This document shows, in pieces, positions 10,969 to 21,244 of a stretch of DNA of 56,937 nucleotides. The stretch covers positions 1 through 56,937 of the forward strand of contig CALFNW010000141.1 in assembly GCA_937902275.1 (NCBI GenBank), read 5' to 3'. The DNA is from an uncultured Clostridia bacterium (lineage in GTDB: Bacteria; Bacillota; Clostridia; Oscillospirales; CAG-272). How positions within the stretch are numbered: the first letter of the stretch is position 1; each line of letters begins with the position of its first letter. The notes beneath the pieces are model-generated. The model had not been told where the DNA came from. It did not search any database and saw only the letters and a program-made list of their open reading frames with translations. The position numbers and the translations under genes are program-made.

Positions 10969-11013
10969 CATTTATTGAACAAAGAAAAATCCTGTTAAAT
11001 TAACAGCTGTATT

Positions 11014-11490
11014 TCAACTGAAAAGTCCTATTACCGCACTGCCGAGCCCATAACTGATAAACGCCATTATCAGCGCATTTACCGCTAATCCGGCAATAAT
11101 TACCGGGAATGCCTTTTTCAGCGGCAGTCCGAGTACGGTCGAAACCAGCGAACCCATCCATGCCCCGGTTCCGGGAAGCGGTATCGCCACAAATAAGAAA
11201 ACTCCGAAAAGCTCGTAGTTCCCTATTTTTTCCGCTTTAGCCTTGGCCTTGTCCATAAAATAATTGAGCGCGTCACCAATGTACTTTATCTTTCCGAGCC
11301 ACTTAAGGATCTTGCCGTATAAAAGAATTATAAACGGCACCGGAAACATATTTCCGAGCATACATACTATCAACGCACTTTGAATCGGTATGCCCATCGC
11401 GGCGGCAAGCGGAATCGCGCCTTTCATTTCAATGATCGGAACCATTGAAAGCAAAAAAGCATATAAGTATTTTTTTATCATATCAGTCAA
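11014..11490 (-). CDS. small multidrug-export-like membrane protein (COG2426-type)
   Basis: MKGAIPLAAAMGIPI...GNMFPVPFIILL resembles the Sm_multidrug_ex family; 4 TM segments. Starts at TTG 11490 or ATG 11481. It lies 26 nt downstream of ribU and is probably co-transcribed. Confidence 0.5.
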   Translation of the reverse strand: MTDMIKKYLYAFLLSMVPIIEMKGAIPLAAAMGIPIQSALIVCMLGNMFPVPFIILLYGKILKWLGKIKYIGDALNYFMDKAKAKAEKIGNYELFGVFLFVAIPLPGTGAWMGSLVSTVLGLPLKKAFPVIIAGLAVNALIMAFISYGLGSAVIGLFS

Positions 11491-11516
11491 CCGTAACCTG
11501 TTATTTTCAAGTTTAT

Positions 11517-12131
11517 TTAAAAATGCAGTATTTTCGAGACTTTTTTGTAAAGCAGAAACGCGATCGCCGAACAGATCACACCCTTGACAAGATTAAACGG
11601 TACGACCGCAAATGCGATCAAAGTCTTAAGGTCGGTGATCGAAGCGTTTACCGCACTGCCCGCATCAATTATAGCGTCAAGCGGAAGTCCCATAATTTTA
11701 ACATATGCCGGAATAAGTATAAAATAATTTACAAGCGCACCGACAAGTGCAAGCATAAGCGTACCGAGTGTCATGCCGATGAGCGCGTTTTTCTTAGTAT
11801 GACGTTTTTTATATACAAGCGACGCCGTAAGTACAAAGGAAGTTCCGACAAGGAAATTGGCAAACTCGCCGATATATCCGGTCTGCGTGCCGAATATCAA
11901 TGCTTTTATCAGATTTTTCAAAAGCTCAATAATAACTCCGGCAAGCGGACCCATGGCAAAAGAGCCCATGAGGATCACCGACTCGGAAAAATCAAGCTTA
12001 TAAAACGACGGAGCAAACGGAAGCGGCACTTCAAAAAGCATAACAAGCACCGCAGCAGCCGAAAGTATTGCCGTTTTGGTCAGAAAGCGCAGTTTTGAAT
12101 TTGTGCGCTTCTCAGTATTTGCTTTATTCAT
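11517..12131 (-). CDS. ribU: ECF-transporter S component, riboflavin (RibU/FmnP-like)
   Basis: S-component-like 5-6 TM protein (EVPLPFAPSFYKLDFSE) located downstream of an FMN riboswitch. Confidence 0.75.
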   Translation of the reverse strand: MNKANTEKRTNSKLRFLTKTAILSAAAVLVMLFEVPLPFAPSFYKLDFSESVILMGSFAMGPLAGVIIELLKNLIKALIFGTQTGYIGEFANFLVGTSFVLTASLVYKKRHTKKNALIGMTLGTLMLALVGALVNYFILIPAYVKIMGLPLDAIIDAGSAVNASITDLKTLIAFAVVPFNLVKGVICSAIAFLLYKKVSKILHF

Positions 12132-12380
12132 ATTTATTCCCCCAAAGACGAACGACGGGCGGCTTTTATTTCAGGTATATATCGAACGTTACGGCCTGTG
12201 CTTTACAATATGTCATCACACATTATCTGATCCGAAGCACAGCGTAAAGCTGTAAGTATATACCTTATGATCAAGGCCGTCAGTTATCGTCGGCAAATTA
12301 TATGGCAAAGCACACATTACTATGCAGATTATGCAGGTCGGGAATGTACGCTTTGCGGTTGCAGGGAGAAGAAAGCCCCA

Positions 12381-12530
12381 AAAACAAAATCCCCGTAGAT
12401 ATACGGGGACGCTATCTTCTCTCATCCGGACTTTACCGTCGGCGCAGGAATCTCACCTGCTCGGCACTTGCGTGTTCGTGGGCTTTACCACCGGTATGGA
12501 ATTACACCATTCCCCGAAGATAATCCGTCG
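12381..12530 (-). promoter_or_regulatory. FMN (RFN) riboswitch with terminator
   Basis: The minus strand reads GGATTATCTTCGGGGAATGGTGTAATTCCATACCGGTGGTAAAGCCCACGA...GGTGAGATTCCTGCGCCGACGGTAAAGTCCGGATGAGAGAAGA, which is the RFN core. It is followed by the hairpin CCCCGTA/TACGGGG plus ATTTTGTTTTT (12381-12410). Confidence 0.9.
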
Positions 12531-12573
12531 GGGCTGCAATATGCTTGCAGCCCCTCCGAATAACTAAATTAAA

Positions 12574-13779
12574 TTACGCGTCGATTTCGGTAACAACGCC
12601 CGATCCGACTGTTCTGCCGCCTTCACGGATAGCAAAACGAAGACCCTTTTCAATAGCGATAGGAGTGATGAGCTCAACGTCCATAACAACGTTATCGCCG
12701 GGGCGGCACATTTCAGTGCCTTCGGGAAGGGTGATTACACCGGTAACGTCAGTAGTTCTGAAGTAGAACTGGGGTCTGTAGCCCGAGAAGAACGGCTTTT
12801 GACGACCGCCTTCTTTTTCGGTAAGCACGTAAACCTGACCCTTGAACTTGGTATGCGGATGGATCGATCCGGGCTTGCAGAGAACCTGTCCTCTTTCAAT
12901 GCCCTTCTTGTCGATACCACGGAGAAGCGCACCGATGTTATCGCCGGCTTCAGCGTAGTCCATCATCTTGTGGAACATTTCGATACCGGTAACAACGGTG
13001 GTCTTCTTTTCGTTGGTAAGACCGACGATTTCAACAGTATCGTTCATCTTGAGCTGTCCGCGCTCAACTCTACCGGTAGCAACAGTACCACGACCGGAGA
13101 TAGAGAACACGTCCTCGACAGGCATCAGGAAGTCCTGATCGCTCTTACGGTCGGGAGTAGGAATGTAGCTGTCAACAGCATCCATAAGCTCGAAGATCGA
13201 CTTGTATGCGGGATCGGACGGATCCTTGCTTTCGCAAAGGAGCGCTTCACGAGCGGAACCTCTGATGATCGGAATATCATCACCCGGGAAATCATACTGG
13301 TTGAGAAGGTCACGAATTTCCATCTCAACGAGGTCAAGCAGTTCGGGGTCGTCAACGATATCGCACTTGTTCATGTAAACAACGATAGCCGGAACGCCAA
13401 CCTGACGAGCGAGCAGAACGTGCTCTCTGGTCTGTGCAAGAGGGCCGTCGGTACCTGCAACGACGAGGATTGCGCCGTCCATCTGAGCAGCACCGGTGAT
13501 CATGTTCTTGACATAGTCAGCGTGGCCGGGGCAGTCAACGTGAGCGTAGTGACGGTTTGCAGTCTCGTACTCAACGTGACGGGTGTTGATCGTGATTCCT
13601 CTTTCTCTTTCTTCGGGAGCATTGTCGATCTGGTCATATGCCAGGAACTCAATGTTCGGGTTGCTGAGAGCGAGAGTCTTAGTGATAGCCGCGGTAAGGG
13701 TGGTCTTGCCGTGGTCAACGTGACCGATGGTACCAATATTAACATGGGGCTTGGTACGTTCAAATTTAGCCTTTGCCAT
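12574..13779 (-). CDS. tuf: elongation factor Tu
   Basis: [18 protein letters not shown] and NKCD motifs, with full-length EF-Tu similarity. Confidence 0.98.
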   Translation of the reverse strand: MAKAKFERTKPHVNIGTIGHVDHGKTTLTAAITKTLALSNPNIEFLAYDQIDNAPEERERGITINTRHVEYETANRHYAHVDCPGHADYVKNMITGAAQMDGAILVVAGTDGPLAQTREHVLLARQVGVPAIVVYMNKCDIVDDPELLDLVEMEIRDLLNQYDFPGDDIPIIRGSAREALLCESKDPSDPAYKSIFELMDAVDSYIPTPDRKSDQDFLMPVEDVFSISGRGTVATGRVERGQLKMNDTVEIVGLTNEKKTTVVTGIEMFHKMMDYAEAGDNIGALLRGIDKKGIERGQVLCKPGSIHPHTKFKGQVYVLTEKEGGRQKPFFSGYRPQFYFRTTDVTGVITLPEGTEMCRPGDNVVMDVELITPIAIEKGLRFAIREGGRTVGSGVVTEIDA

Positions 13780-13849
13780 TTTGAAATCCTCCTGAAATAT
13801 AAAAATCTGAAAATTGTTTTTGTATTAACAGCCTTTCGGCTTTTAACCT

Positions 13850-15934
13850 TTACTGCTGGTTTCTGCCGCGCTTTGCGATAATAGCTTCCTGAATCGACTT
13901 CGGAACTTCCGCAAAGTGGCTCGGCTCCATAGAGTAGGTTCCGCGACCCTGAGTCATGGAACGAAGAGTTGTAGCATAACCGAACATTTCCGAAAGCGGA
14001 ATCATTGCGGTTACCTGCTGACCGCCCGAGATCGGATCCATAGATTGGATCTGTCCGCGCTTTGAGTTGACATGACCGATAACATCTCCGAGGTAATCAT
14101 CCGGCGTTACGATAACGACCTTCATGATAGGTTCGGTGATGACCGGGTCAGCCTTTCTCATAGCTTCCTTGAATGCCATGGACGCACAGATCTTGAACGC
14201 CATTTCTGACGAGTCAACTTCATGGTACGATCCATCGTAAAGCGTGATCTTTACGTCAACTACATTGTAGCCGGCGAGTACACCGTTCTGCATTGCGCTC
14301 TGGAAGCCGGCATCAATAGCGGGAATGTATTCCTTCGGAATAGCGCCGCCGACAACCTTGTTGACGAACTCATAACCCTTACCGGGTTCGTTCGGCTCCA
14401 TGATGATCTTGACATGACCGTACTGACCTTTACCGCCCGACTGACGCGCATACTTGTGATCGACGTCTGCACTCTTGCGTATGGTCTCTTTGTAAGCAAC
14501 CTGAGGTGCGCCTACATTAGCCTCGACTTTAAATTCGCGAAGCAGTCTGTCAACGATAATTTCAAGGTGAAGCTCACCCATTCCGGCGATGATCGTCTGA
14601 CCGGTCTCTTCGTCGGTATAGGTTCTGAATGTCGGGTCTTCCTCGGCAAGTTTGGAGAGGGCAATACCCATTTTCTCCTGACCTGCTTTGGTCTTAGGCT
14701 CGATAGCAACACGAATAACAGGTTCCGGGAATTCCATAGACTCAAGAATGATAGGATTCTTTTCGTCGCAGAGCGTATCACCGGTGGTGGTGCCCTTAAC
14801 ACCGCATACGGCAGCTATATCACCGGCATAGCAGGTGTCTATATCCGTACGCTCGTTCGAGTGCATCTGAAGGATTCTTCCGAATCTTTCATTGATACGC
14901 TTGCCGGGATTGTATGCCGTTTCGCCCTTGTTGATCGTACCGGAGTATACGCGGAAGAAGCAGAGCTTTCCGACGAACGGGTCGGTCATGATCTTGAATG
15001 CAAGTGCGGCGAACGGACCGTTGTCCTCAGCGTGTCTGAACTCCTCTTCACCGTTGTCGGGATTGATACCCTTGATCGAAGGAATATCAATAGGAGCAGG
15101 CATATAATCCACGATCGCGTCAAGCAACTTCTGTACACCCTTGTTTTTGTAAGAGGTACCGCAGATGACCGGCACGATCTGGTTGTTGATGGTAGCCTTG
15201 CGGAGAGCAACCTTAAGCTCGTCCACGGTTACTTCATCACCGTTGCAGTACTTTTCAAACAGAGCTTCATCGGTTTCGCAGATCGACTCAACCATCGCAG
15301 CCCTGTACTCCTCTGCCTTTTCTTTCATATCGGCAGGGATCGCCTCGACTCTCATGTCCTTACCGAGTTCATCATAATAGATGTCGGCTTCCATGTTAAG
15401 CAGGTCGATGATGCCTCTGAAGTCGGATTCTGCTCCGACAGGAAGCTGGATCGGCACTGCATTCGCCTTGAGTCGGGTCTTCATCATATCAACAACGCGA
15501 TAGAAGTTCGCGCCGGTGATATCCATTTTGTTGACGTATGCCATTCTCGGCACACCGTATTTGTCAGCCTGACGCCAAACGGTCTCAGACTGCGGCTCAA
15601 CGCCGCCCTTTGCACAAAATACGGTTACTGAACCGTCGAGAACACGCAGGGAACGCTCAACCTCAACCGTGAAGTCAACGTGACCGGGAGTATCAATAAT
15701 GTTGATACGATTTCCTTTCCAATAGCAGGTTGTAGCGGCAGAGGTTATCGTGATACCTCTCTCCTGCTCCTGCTCCATCCAGTCCATCGTAGCAGTACCG
15801 TCATGGGTTTCACCTATCTTGTAGTTGACACCCGTGTAGTACAGGATACGCTCGGTAGTAGTTGTCTTTCCGGCGTCGATGTGAGCCATGATTCCGATAT
15901 TCCTTGTGTTCTCAAGTGAATATTTTCTTGCCAT
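13850..15934 (-). CDS. fusA: elongation factor G
   Basis: [21 protein letters not shown] and NKMD motifs; 694 aa. Confidence 0.98.
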   Translation of the reverse strand: MARKYSLENTRNIGIMAHIDAGKTTTTERILYYTGVNYKIGETHDGTATMDWMEQEQERGITITSAATTCYWKGNRINIIDTPGHVDFTVEVERSLRVLDGSVTVFCAKGGVEPQSETVWRQADKYGVPRMAYVNKMDITGANFYRVVDMMKTRLKANAVPIQLPVGAESDFRGIIDLLNMEADIYYDELGKDMRVEAIPADMKEKAEEYRAAMVESICETDEALFEKYCNGDEVTVDELKVALRKATINNQIVPVICGTSYKNKGVQKLLDAIVDYMPAPIDIPSIKGINPDNGEEEFRHAEDNGPFAALAFKIMTDPFVGKLCFFRVYSGTINKGETAYNPGKRINERFGRILQMHSNERTDIDTCYAGDIAAVCGVKGTTTGDTLCDEKNPIILESMEFPEPVIRVAIEPKTKAGQEKMGIALSKLAEEDPTFRTYTDEETGQTIIAGMGELHLEIIVDRLLREFKVEANVGAPQVAYKETIRKSADVDHKYARQSGGKGQYGHVKIIMEPNEPGKGYEFVNKVVGGAIPKEYIPAIDAGFQSAMQNGVLAGYNVVDVKITLYDGSYHEVDSSEMAFKICASMAFKEAMRKADPVITEPIMKVVIVTPDDYLGDVIGHVNSKRGQIQSMDPISGGQQVTAMIPLSEMFGYATTLRSMTQGRGTYSMEPSHFAEVPKSIQEAIIAKRGRNQQ

Positions 15935-15961
15935 TCATTTCTCCTTAGTTTTGCTCGGAAA

Positions 15962-16432
15962 TCAATATCTGTAATGTGCGAAAGCTCTGTTAGCTTCAGC
16001 CATACGATGTGTTTCTTCCTTCTTCTTGAACGCTCCGCCGGTCGAAGCCATAGCGTCGAGAATTTCGCCGGACAGTCTTTCAGCCATCGTCTTTTCTCCG
16101 CGCGAACGCGAGAAAGCGGTGATCCAACGCAGTCCGAGAGTCTGACGTCTTTCCGGTCTTACTTCCATAGGAACCTGATAAGTCGAGCCGCCTACACGGC
16201 GAGCCTTAACCTCGAGAACGGGCATGATGTTGTCGAGAGCTTCGTTGAATGCGTCAAGCGGGTTCTTACCCGACTTTTCCTCAACGATCTTGAACGCATC
16301 GTAAACGATCTTCTGCGCAACTCCCTTCTTACCGTCAAGCATTATATTGTTGATAAGCTTGGTGACGAGCTTGGAGTTGTAAAGCGGATCCGGCAATACG
16401 TCTCTCTTGGAAATTTTTCCTCTTCTGGGCAT
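15962..16432 (-). CDS. rpsG: 30S ribosomal protein S7
   Basis: [18 protein letters not shown]... ATG 16432 is preceded by GGAGGGA; the track start 16465 is an over-extension. Confidence 0.97.
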   Translation of the reverse strand: MPRRGKISKRDVLPDPLYNSKLVTKLINNIMLDGKKGVAQKIVYDAFKIVEEKSGKNPLDAFNEALDNIMPVLEVKARRVGGSTYQVPMEVRPERRQTLGLRWITAFSRSRGEKTMAERLSGEILDAMASTGGAFKKKEETHRMAEANRAFAHYRY

Positions 16433-16601
16433 TTTACTTCCCTCCTTCATAAAAAATGAATTCACAGGTACTCGAAAGAATTCTTCCGTCTCTGCTCACC
16501 CAAAGGAAAAATCACGCGGTCGTAAATATAAACATTCGCATTATTTTCTTTGAGGTGCGACAAGCTGACAGTTTTTCTTAATACCTTAAATTTAGAAGAA
16601 A

Positions 16602-17018
16602 TTACTTCTTCTTCGGACGCTGAGCGCCGTACTTGGAACGGGACTGCATACGGTTTGCAACTCCCTGTGCATCAAGGGTACCGCGAATGATGTGATAACG
16701 CACACCGGGGAGGTCACGTACACGTCCGCCTCTGATAAGAACAACCGAGTGTTCCTGAAGGCTGTGTCCGATACCCGGAATGTAGGTTGTCGCCTCAAGT
16801 CCGTTGGTAAGTCTTACTCTGGCGATCTTACGAAGCGCGGAGTTAGGCTTCTTCGGGCTGGTTGTGGTAACCTTAGTGCATACGCCTCTCTTCTGAGGAG
16901 CGGGCTGATCTACGGCTTTCTTCGTAAGAGTGTTGAAGCCCTTCTGAAGAACAGGAGCCTTAGACTTGTAAGTCTTTTCCTGACGGCCGTATCTGACGAG
17001 CTGGTTAAATGTTGGCAT
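16602..17018 (-). CDS. rpsL: 30S ribosomal protein S12
   Basis: [13 protein letters not shown]...[13 protein letters not shown] 17018 is preceded by GGAGGT. Confidence 0.97.
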   Translation of the reverse strand: MPTFNQLVRYGRQEKTYKSKAPVLQKGFNTLTKKAVDQPAPQKRGVCTKVTTTSPKKPNSALRKIARVRLTNGLEATTYIPGIGHSLQEHSVVLIRGGRVRDLPGVRYHIIRGTLDAQGVANRMQSRSKYGAQRPKKK

Positions 17019-17154
17019 ACTGCACCTCCTTAAAAAATAATGAGATTGTTTATATCTACAACCGTCCGCAAGCGGTGCGGGTGTATTCAAAAGAATAGGT
17101 TTGCGGCGCGCAAAGACAGCCACAGCACAGCTGCGGCACGCCGAAACTTTATGT

Positions 17155-17184
17155 ATTATACCATTGAAAAGCCGTTTCTGTCAA
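17155..17184 (-). promoter_or_regulatory. str-operon promoter (TTGACA-18-TGgTATAAT)
   Basis: -35 at 17179-17184 and -10 at 17155-17160, with an extended TG. The resulting leader to rpsL is about 130 nt. Confidence 0.65.
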
Positions 17185-17284
17185 GAGAATCCGAATTTGT
17201 TTTCAAAAAATACAAATTTTCTCCATTTTGCACAAATTGCGTGTCACTTCAAGGTATTATTGGTCATTTTTTGCAAGTTTATTC

Positions 17285-17327
17285 AAAAAATGACCGCGCG
17301 AAGTCGACTTTGGAACGTCCGCGCGGT
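17285..17327 (-). terminator. intrinsic terminator after the topoisomerase B gene
   Basis: Minus strand ACCGCGCG...CGCGCGGT followed by CATTTTTT. Confidence 0.6.
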
Positions 17328-17344
17328 AAATTCCGCCATTTTAC

Positions 17345-19342
17345 TCAGTCGGTAGCCATTGCGATATATTCGGCGCCATGCTCGGCAATGTAATTCTTTC
17401 TGCCTTGGAGATTATCTCCGAGCAGAATATCAAAGATCTCACGTGTTTCTTCGGCATCCGCTTCTCCGACTCTGATGAGTCGGCGCGATTCGGGATTCAT
17501 AGTAGTCTGCCACATCATGTCCGACTCGTTTTCGCCGAGTCCTTTTGAACGCTGAAGCGAATAAGGCGCGTCGCCGAGTCTTGCGGTTATCTCAAGTTTT
17601 TCCTGTTCATTGTAAGCAAACTCGATCTTGTCGCGGCAGGTTATTTCAAACAACGGGGATTCGGCAATATATATTTTTCCTTCTTTTATGAGCGTCGGCA
17701 AAAGTCGGTAGAACAGCGTCAAAAGCAATGCGCGGATCTGATAGCCGTCCTCGTCGGCATCGGTACAGATTATAATTTTGCTCCATCTGAGCGCGCCGAT
17801 GTCAAACGGAGGCAGGTCGCTCTTTACTTTGGTGGTAAATTCCACTCCGCATCCGATAACGCGCAAAAGATCGGTTATTATATCGCTCTTGAATATCTTC
17901 TCATACGAGCTTTTAAGACAGTTCAGCGTTTTGCCGCGCACCGGCATGATCGCCTGAAATTCGGCGTCGCGTCCGAGTTTACATGAGCTTGCCGCCGAAT
18001 CTCCCTCAACTATATACAATTCGCGCAGTTCCGGATCGCGGCTGCGGCAGTTTACGAATTTTTCCACACGGTTGGCAATATCAATATTGCCCGAAAGCTT
18101 TTTCTTGATGCTGAGTCTGGTCGACTCCGCGCTTTCACGGCTGCGCTTGTTCAAAAGCACCTGCGCCGCGATCTTTTCGGCTTCGGTCGGATTTTCGGCG
18201 AAATACACCTCAAGATTATGCTTGAGGAAATCGGTCATTGCCGTCGCGATGAATTTGTTCGTAATCGCTTTTTTCGTCTGATTCTCGTATGAAGTCTGAG
18301 TCGAAAAGCTTGACACGATCATCACAAGCGATTCTTCAATATCGGCAAAGGTGATCTTCTCTTCCTTTGCCTTGTATGCTTTCATCGTTTTAAGATACTT
18401 GTCTATTGCAAATGCAAACGCGGTGCGCACCGCGCGGTCGGGCGAACCTCCGTGCGACAGAAAGCTTGAGTTGTGGTAATATTCAATGCGGCTTCCGACA
18501 TTTGAAAAAGCAAAGGTAAACTCCGCTTTCAGCTTGTAGTCGCTCTGATCCTCGCGGTCGCGCCCGCTCGTCTCAAGCTTCCACAACACCGGCTCGGTGA
18601 TCGACGAGTCTCCGACGATATCCTTGATATAGTCGCTGATTCCGTTTTCGTAGCAGTATTCGCTCTCGTCAAAACCGCCGTTCTCATTCTCGAATTTAAG
18701 TATAAACTTTATGCCGGCATTGACTATCGACTGTTTGTTAAGCAACTCGGTAAAAAATTCGCGCGGTATGTCAATATCGGTGAACACCTCTATATCCGGC
18801 TTCCAACGTATCACGGTTCCCGTGCGCGCTTCCTTTTTGGAAAGTTCGCTCACCTCCAACCCGCTTGCCGGCTCGCCTTTTTTAAAGTTGATCTGCGAGA
18901 GAGTCTTTCCGTTGTACGAACGCACGCTCATATATTCCGAACTGTACTGCGTAGCGCACGCGCCGAGTCCGTTAAGCCCGAGTGAAAAGCCGTAATTCGA
19001 ATTTTCGTCATTATTGTTGTATTTGCCGCCGGCATACATTTCACAGAAAACAAGCTCCCAATTGTATCTGCCCTCACGCTCGTTGTATCCGAGCGGTATT
19101 CCGCGCCCTTCGTCCGCGACTTCATACGAACCGTCCCGGAACACAGTCACGTTTATCACGTTTCCGTAGCCCTCACGCGCCTCGTCTACCGCGTTTGACA
19201 GTATTTCAAAAAATGAGTGCTCGCAGCCCTCAAGTCCGTCCGAGCCGAAGATGACCGCCGGACGTTTTCTTACTCTGTCCGCACCCTTGAGCGCAACAAT
19301 ACTGTTATTTCCGTATTCTGCGGTATTCTGCTTCTTTGCCAT
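17345..19342 (-). CDS. type IIA DNA topoisomerase subunit B (GyrB/ParE family, divergent)
   Basis: GHKL ATPase N-terminus (LKGADRVRKRPAVIFGS, ADEGRGIP) and a Toprim domain (YIVEGDSAASS, PVRGKTLN, IICTDADEDGYQIR). ATG 19342 follows AAGGAG. No A subunit is adjacent. Confidence 0.85.
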   Translation of the reverse strand: MAKKQNTAEYGNNSIVALKGADRVRKRPAVIFGSDGLEGCEHSFFEILSNAVDEAREGYGNVINVTVFRDGSYEVADEGRGIPLGYNEREGRYNWELVFCEMYAGGKYNNNDENSNYGFSLGLNGLGACATQYSSEYMSVRSYNGKTLSQINFKKGEPASGLEVSELSKKEARTGTVIRWKPDIEVFTDIDIPREFFTELLNKQSIVNAGIKFILKFENENGGFDESEYCYENGISDYIKDIVGDSSITEPVLWKLETSGRDREDQSDYKLKAEFTFAFSNVGSRIEYYHNSSFLSHGGSPDRAVRTAFAFAIDKYLKTMKAYKAKEEKITFADIEESLVMIVSSFSTQTSYENQTKKAITNKFIATAMTDFLKHNLEVYFAENPTEAEKIAAQVLLNKRSRESAESTRLSIKKKLSGNIDIANRVEKFVNCRSRDPELRELYIVEGDSAASSCKLGRDAEFQAIMPVRGKTLNCLKSSYEKIFKSDIITDLLRVIGCGVEFTTKVKSDLPPFDIGALRWSKIIICTDADEDGYQIRALLLTLFYRLLPTLIKEGKIYIAESPLFEITCRDKIEFAYNEQEKLEITARLGDAPYSLQRSKGLGENESDMMWQTTMNPESRRLIRVGEADAEETREIFDILLGDNLQGRKNYIAEHGAEYIAMATD

Positions 19343-19393
19343 AAGCCGACTCCTTAACCGAATAATATTGAAATTTCGGATCACACTTTTCCT

Positions 19394-19422
19394 ATTATAT
19401 ACCAAAACCGCAAGTTTTGCAA
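19394..19422 (-). promoter_or_regulatory. promoter TTGCAA-17-TATAAT
   Basis: -35 at 19417-19422 and -10 at 19394-19399, on the minus strand upstream of the topoisomerase B gene. Confidence 0.55.
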
Positions 19423-19489
19423 GATTTAATTTATCCGCAGTTTATCCTTTGACCGCAAAATGAAAATTCAGCTTATCGGCAATTTTGAA

Positions 19490-19518
19490 TTGCTTATCTG
19501 CGCAAAGTGTGATATAAT
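19490..19518 (+). promoter_or_regulatory. promoter TTGCTT-17-TGaTATAAT
   Basis: -35 at 19490-19495 and an extended -10 at 19513-19518, upstream of the IMPase-family gene. Confidence 0.5.
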
Positions 19519-19618
19519 GATAGATAGCACAGTCGCAAATTGCGAAAAATCGTCTGAAATTTCACCGATAAAAGTATATCCAGATTACGGTTTGGATGTC
19601 GGACACACGGAGAAAAAT

Positions 19619-20416
19619 ATGTTGGATAAGCTTATCGCGCTTGCAAAAGAGGCGGGCGCGCTCACCCTCGGCGCCGACGTCGGCTCTCATTTCAAAAGCA
19701 AAGGCAGACACGCCGATTTTGTCACTGAATACGACCTGCGCACTCAGGAATATATTGTAAATGCGCTTAGCGCGCGTTATCCGGGATACGGACTGCTGTG
19801 TGAAGAAAAGGGAGTGAACCGCGCCTCTGTCAACGGGTATTGTTTCATCATAGACCCTATCGACGGTACGACCAACTTCATGCACGGCTCAAGCGAGTAT
19901 GCCGTATGTATCGGACTTGCGAAAGCAGGCGAACCTATACTCGGAGTCGTACATCTGCCCGCAGCGGGTATTACCTATTTTGCCGAGCGCGGACACGGCG
20001 CGTTTGCCGAAAAAGACGGCAAGGCAGTCCGGATAACAGTCAGCCGCTCCGGGCTTGACAACGCGCTGATCGCCGTCGGCACCTCCCCGTACTATCCAGA
20101 GCTTTCAAGACTTTCGCTCGAAATCGTAAAAAAATCGATCCTGCGCGCCGCCGATATCCGTCGCTCCGGAAGCGCGGCGATCGACATCTGCCGTACCGCC
20201 GAGGGCGTTTACGACATTATGTATGAACCGCTGCTCTGCCCGTGGGACTACACCGCGGCGGGAGCGGTATTGCTTGAAGCCGGAGGTACGCTTACCGACA
20301 TACACGGAGCGCCGATCGACTGCATGAAAAAAAGCGGAATAGTTGCCGCGAATCCGAAAGCAAGCGCAGAGTTTATTGAAAACATCAAAGACCTTACTGC
20401 TGCCGACAAGCTTTAA
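19619..20416 (+). CDS. inositol monophosphatase family protein (SuhB-like)
   Basis: FIIDPIDGTTNF and WDYTAAGAVLLEAGG motifs. ATG 19619 follows GGAGAAAAAT. Confidence 0.85.
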   Translation: MLDKLIALAKEAGALTLGADVGSHFKSKGRHADFVTEYDLRTQEYIVNALSARYPGYGLLCEEKGVNRASVNGYCFIIDPIDGTTNFMHGSSEYAVCIGLAKAGEPILGVVHLPAAGITYFAERGHGAFAEKDGKAVRITVSRSGLDNALIAVGTSPYYPELSRLSLEIVKKSILRAADIRRSGSAAIDICRTAEGVYDIMYEPLLCPWDYTAAGAVLLEAGGTLTDIHGAPIDCMKKSGIVAANPKASAEFIENIKDLTAADKL

Positions 20417-20477
20417 ACACGCTGAGTCCGGCCGCAAAACTGCCAATCATTTCGTGAGCCGCCTTCGGCGGCGTGGT

Positions 20478-21212
20478 ATGATAATTACTGTTATGAAAAA
20501 AAGCAAAGCCCTGCTCGAAGCCGAACTGAAAGCGGCGAACTTAAAGATCAAGCGTCTCGAAAACCGCGTTGATTCCCTTGAAGGACGTATAGAGCGCGAC
20601 CGTGCGGTCAGCGACCGTATGCGCAAAAGCTCGGCTAACGTCGCTATCGAAGGCTACGCAAACTATTTCAAATACAAATACAACGATATCAAAAGCACCG
20701 ATATATACAACCGCGCCGAGCGGATCTTCGCCTACTCGCGCACCTCGCTGTTTATCGCAAGGATCTTCAGATACGCCTCGGTGATAATCGCAATTATCGA
20801 AACCAGCGCCGTGTTTCTGCTGTGCGCAACGATAGTGCTTATCGCCGTACCGGTAACGGTCGCCGCTGCACTTATTCTTGCGCTTTTCGACCTCATCGGC
20901 GCAAAAAAATTCAACGAAGCGATCATACCGAAACTCAAAGGCAAAAAGATCGTGTTTCTCATCTCCGACAAAGGCTACCGCAGTGAAAAACGCGGAAAGA
21001 ACACCTATTTTGACCGCATGACGCGTGAGCTTGCCGCCGACCCTGAACGATTTATCATCGTGGTTACGAAATCCATACGCAACGGACGTTTCCTCACCGC
21101 AAAGTTTGCCGCAGATAACATTGCGGTAATACGCGAAACCTACTTTTTCAGACTGAGACGCGCAATAGAAGCCGCAGGGATCGGCGACGAAAATACTACC
21201 ATAGTTCACTGA
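20478..21212 (+). CDS. hypothetical membrane protein with N-terminal coiled coil
   Basis: LEAELKAANLKIKRLENRVDSLEGRIERD, then two TM segments and a cytoplasmic C-terminal domain. The start is uncertain (ATG 20478 or 20493). No family recognised. Confidence 0.5.
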   Translation: MIITVMKKSKALLEAELKAANLKIKRLENRVDSLEGRIERDRAVSDRMRKSSANVAIEGYANYFKYKYNDIKSTDIYNRAERIFAYSRTSLFIARIFRYASVIIAIIETSAVFLLCATIVLIAVPVTVAAALILALFDLIGAKKFNEAIIPKLKGKKIVFLISDKGYRSEKRGKNTYFDRMTRELAADPERFIIVVTKSIRNGRFLTAKFAADNIAVIRETYFFRLRRAIEAAGIGDENTTIVH

Positions 21213-21244
21213 TACTCCCGCAACTTACGAAAGGATCACCAACA

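Noticed and set aside
12216-12425. 69-aa minus-strand ORF in the ribU leader
   Set aside because: It overlaps the FMN riboswitch 3' half and its terminator, and it has no SD. It is most likely non-coding.
12799-13881. 360-aa ORF on the + strand, plus 14222-15631 (469 aa) and 1093-2043 (316 aa, minus strand)
   Set aside because: These are antisense shadows of tuf, fusA and lepA respectively. They show no protein-family features.
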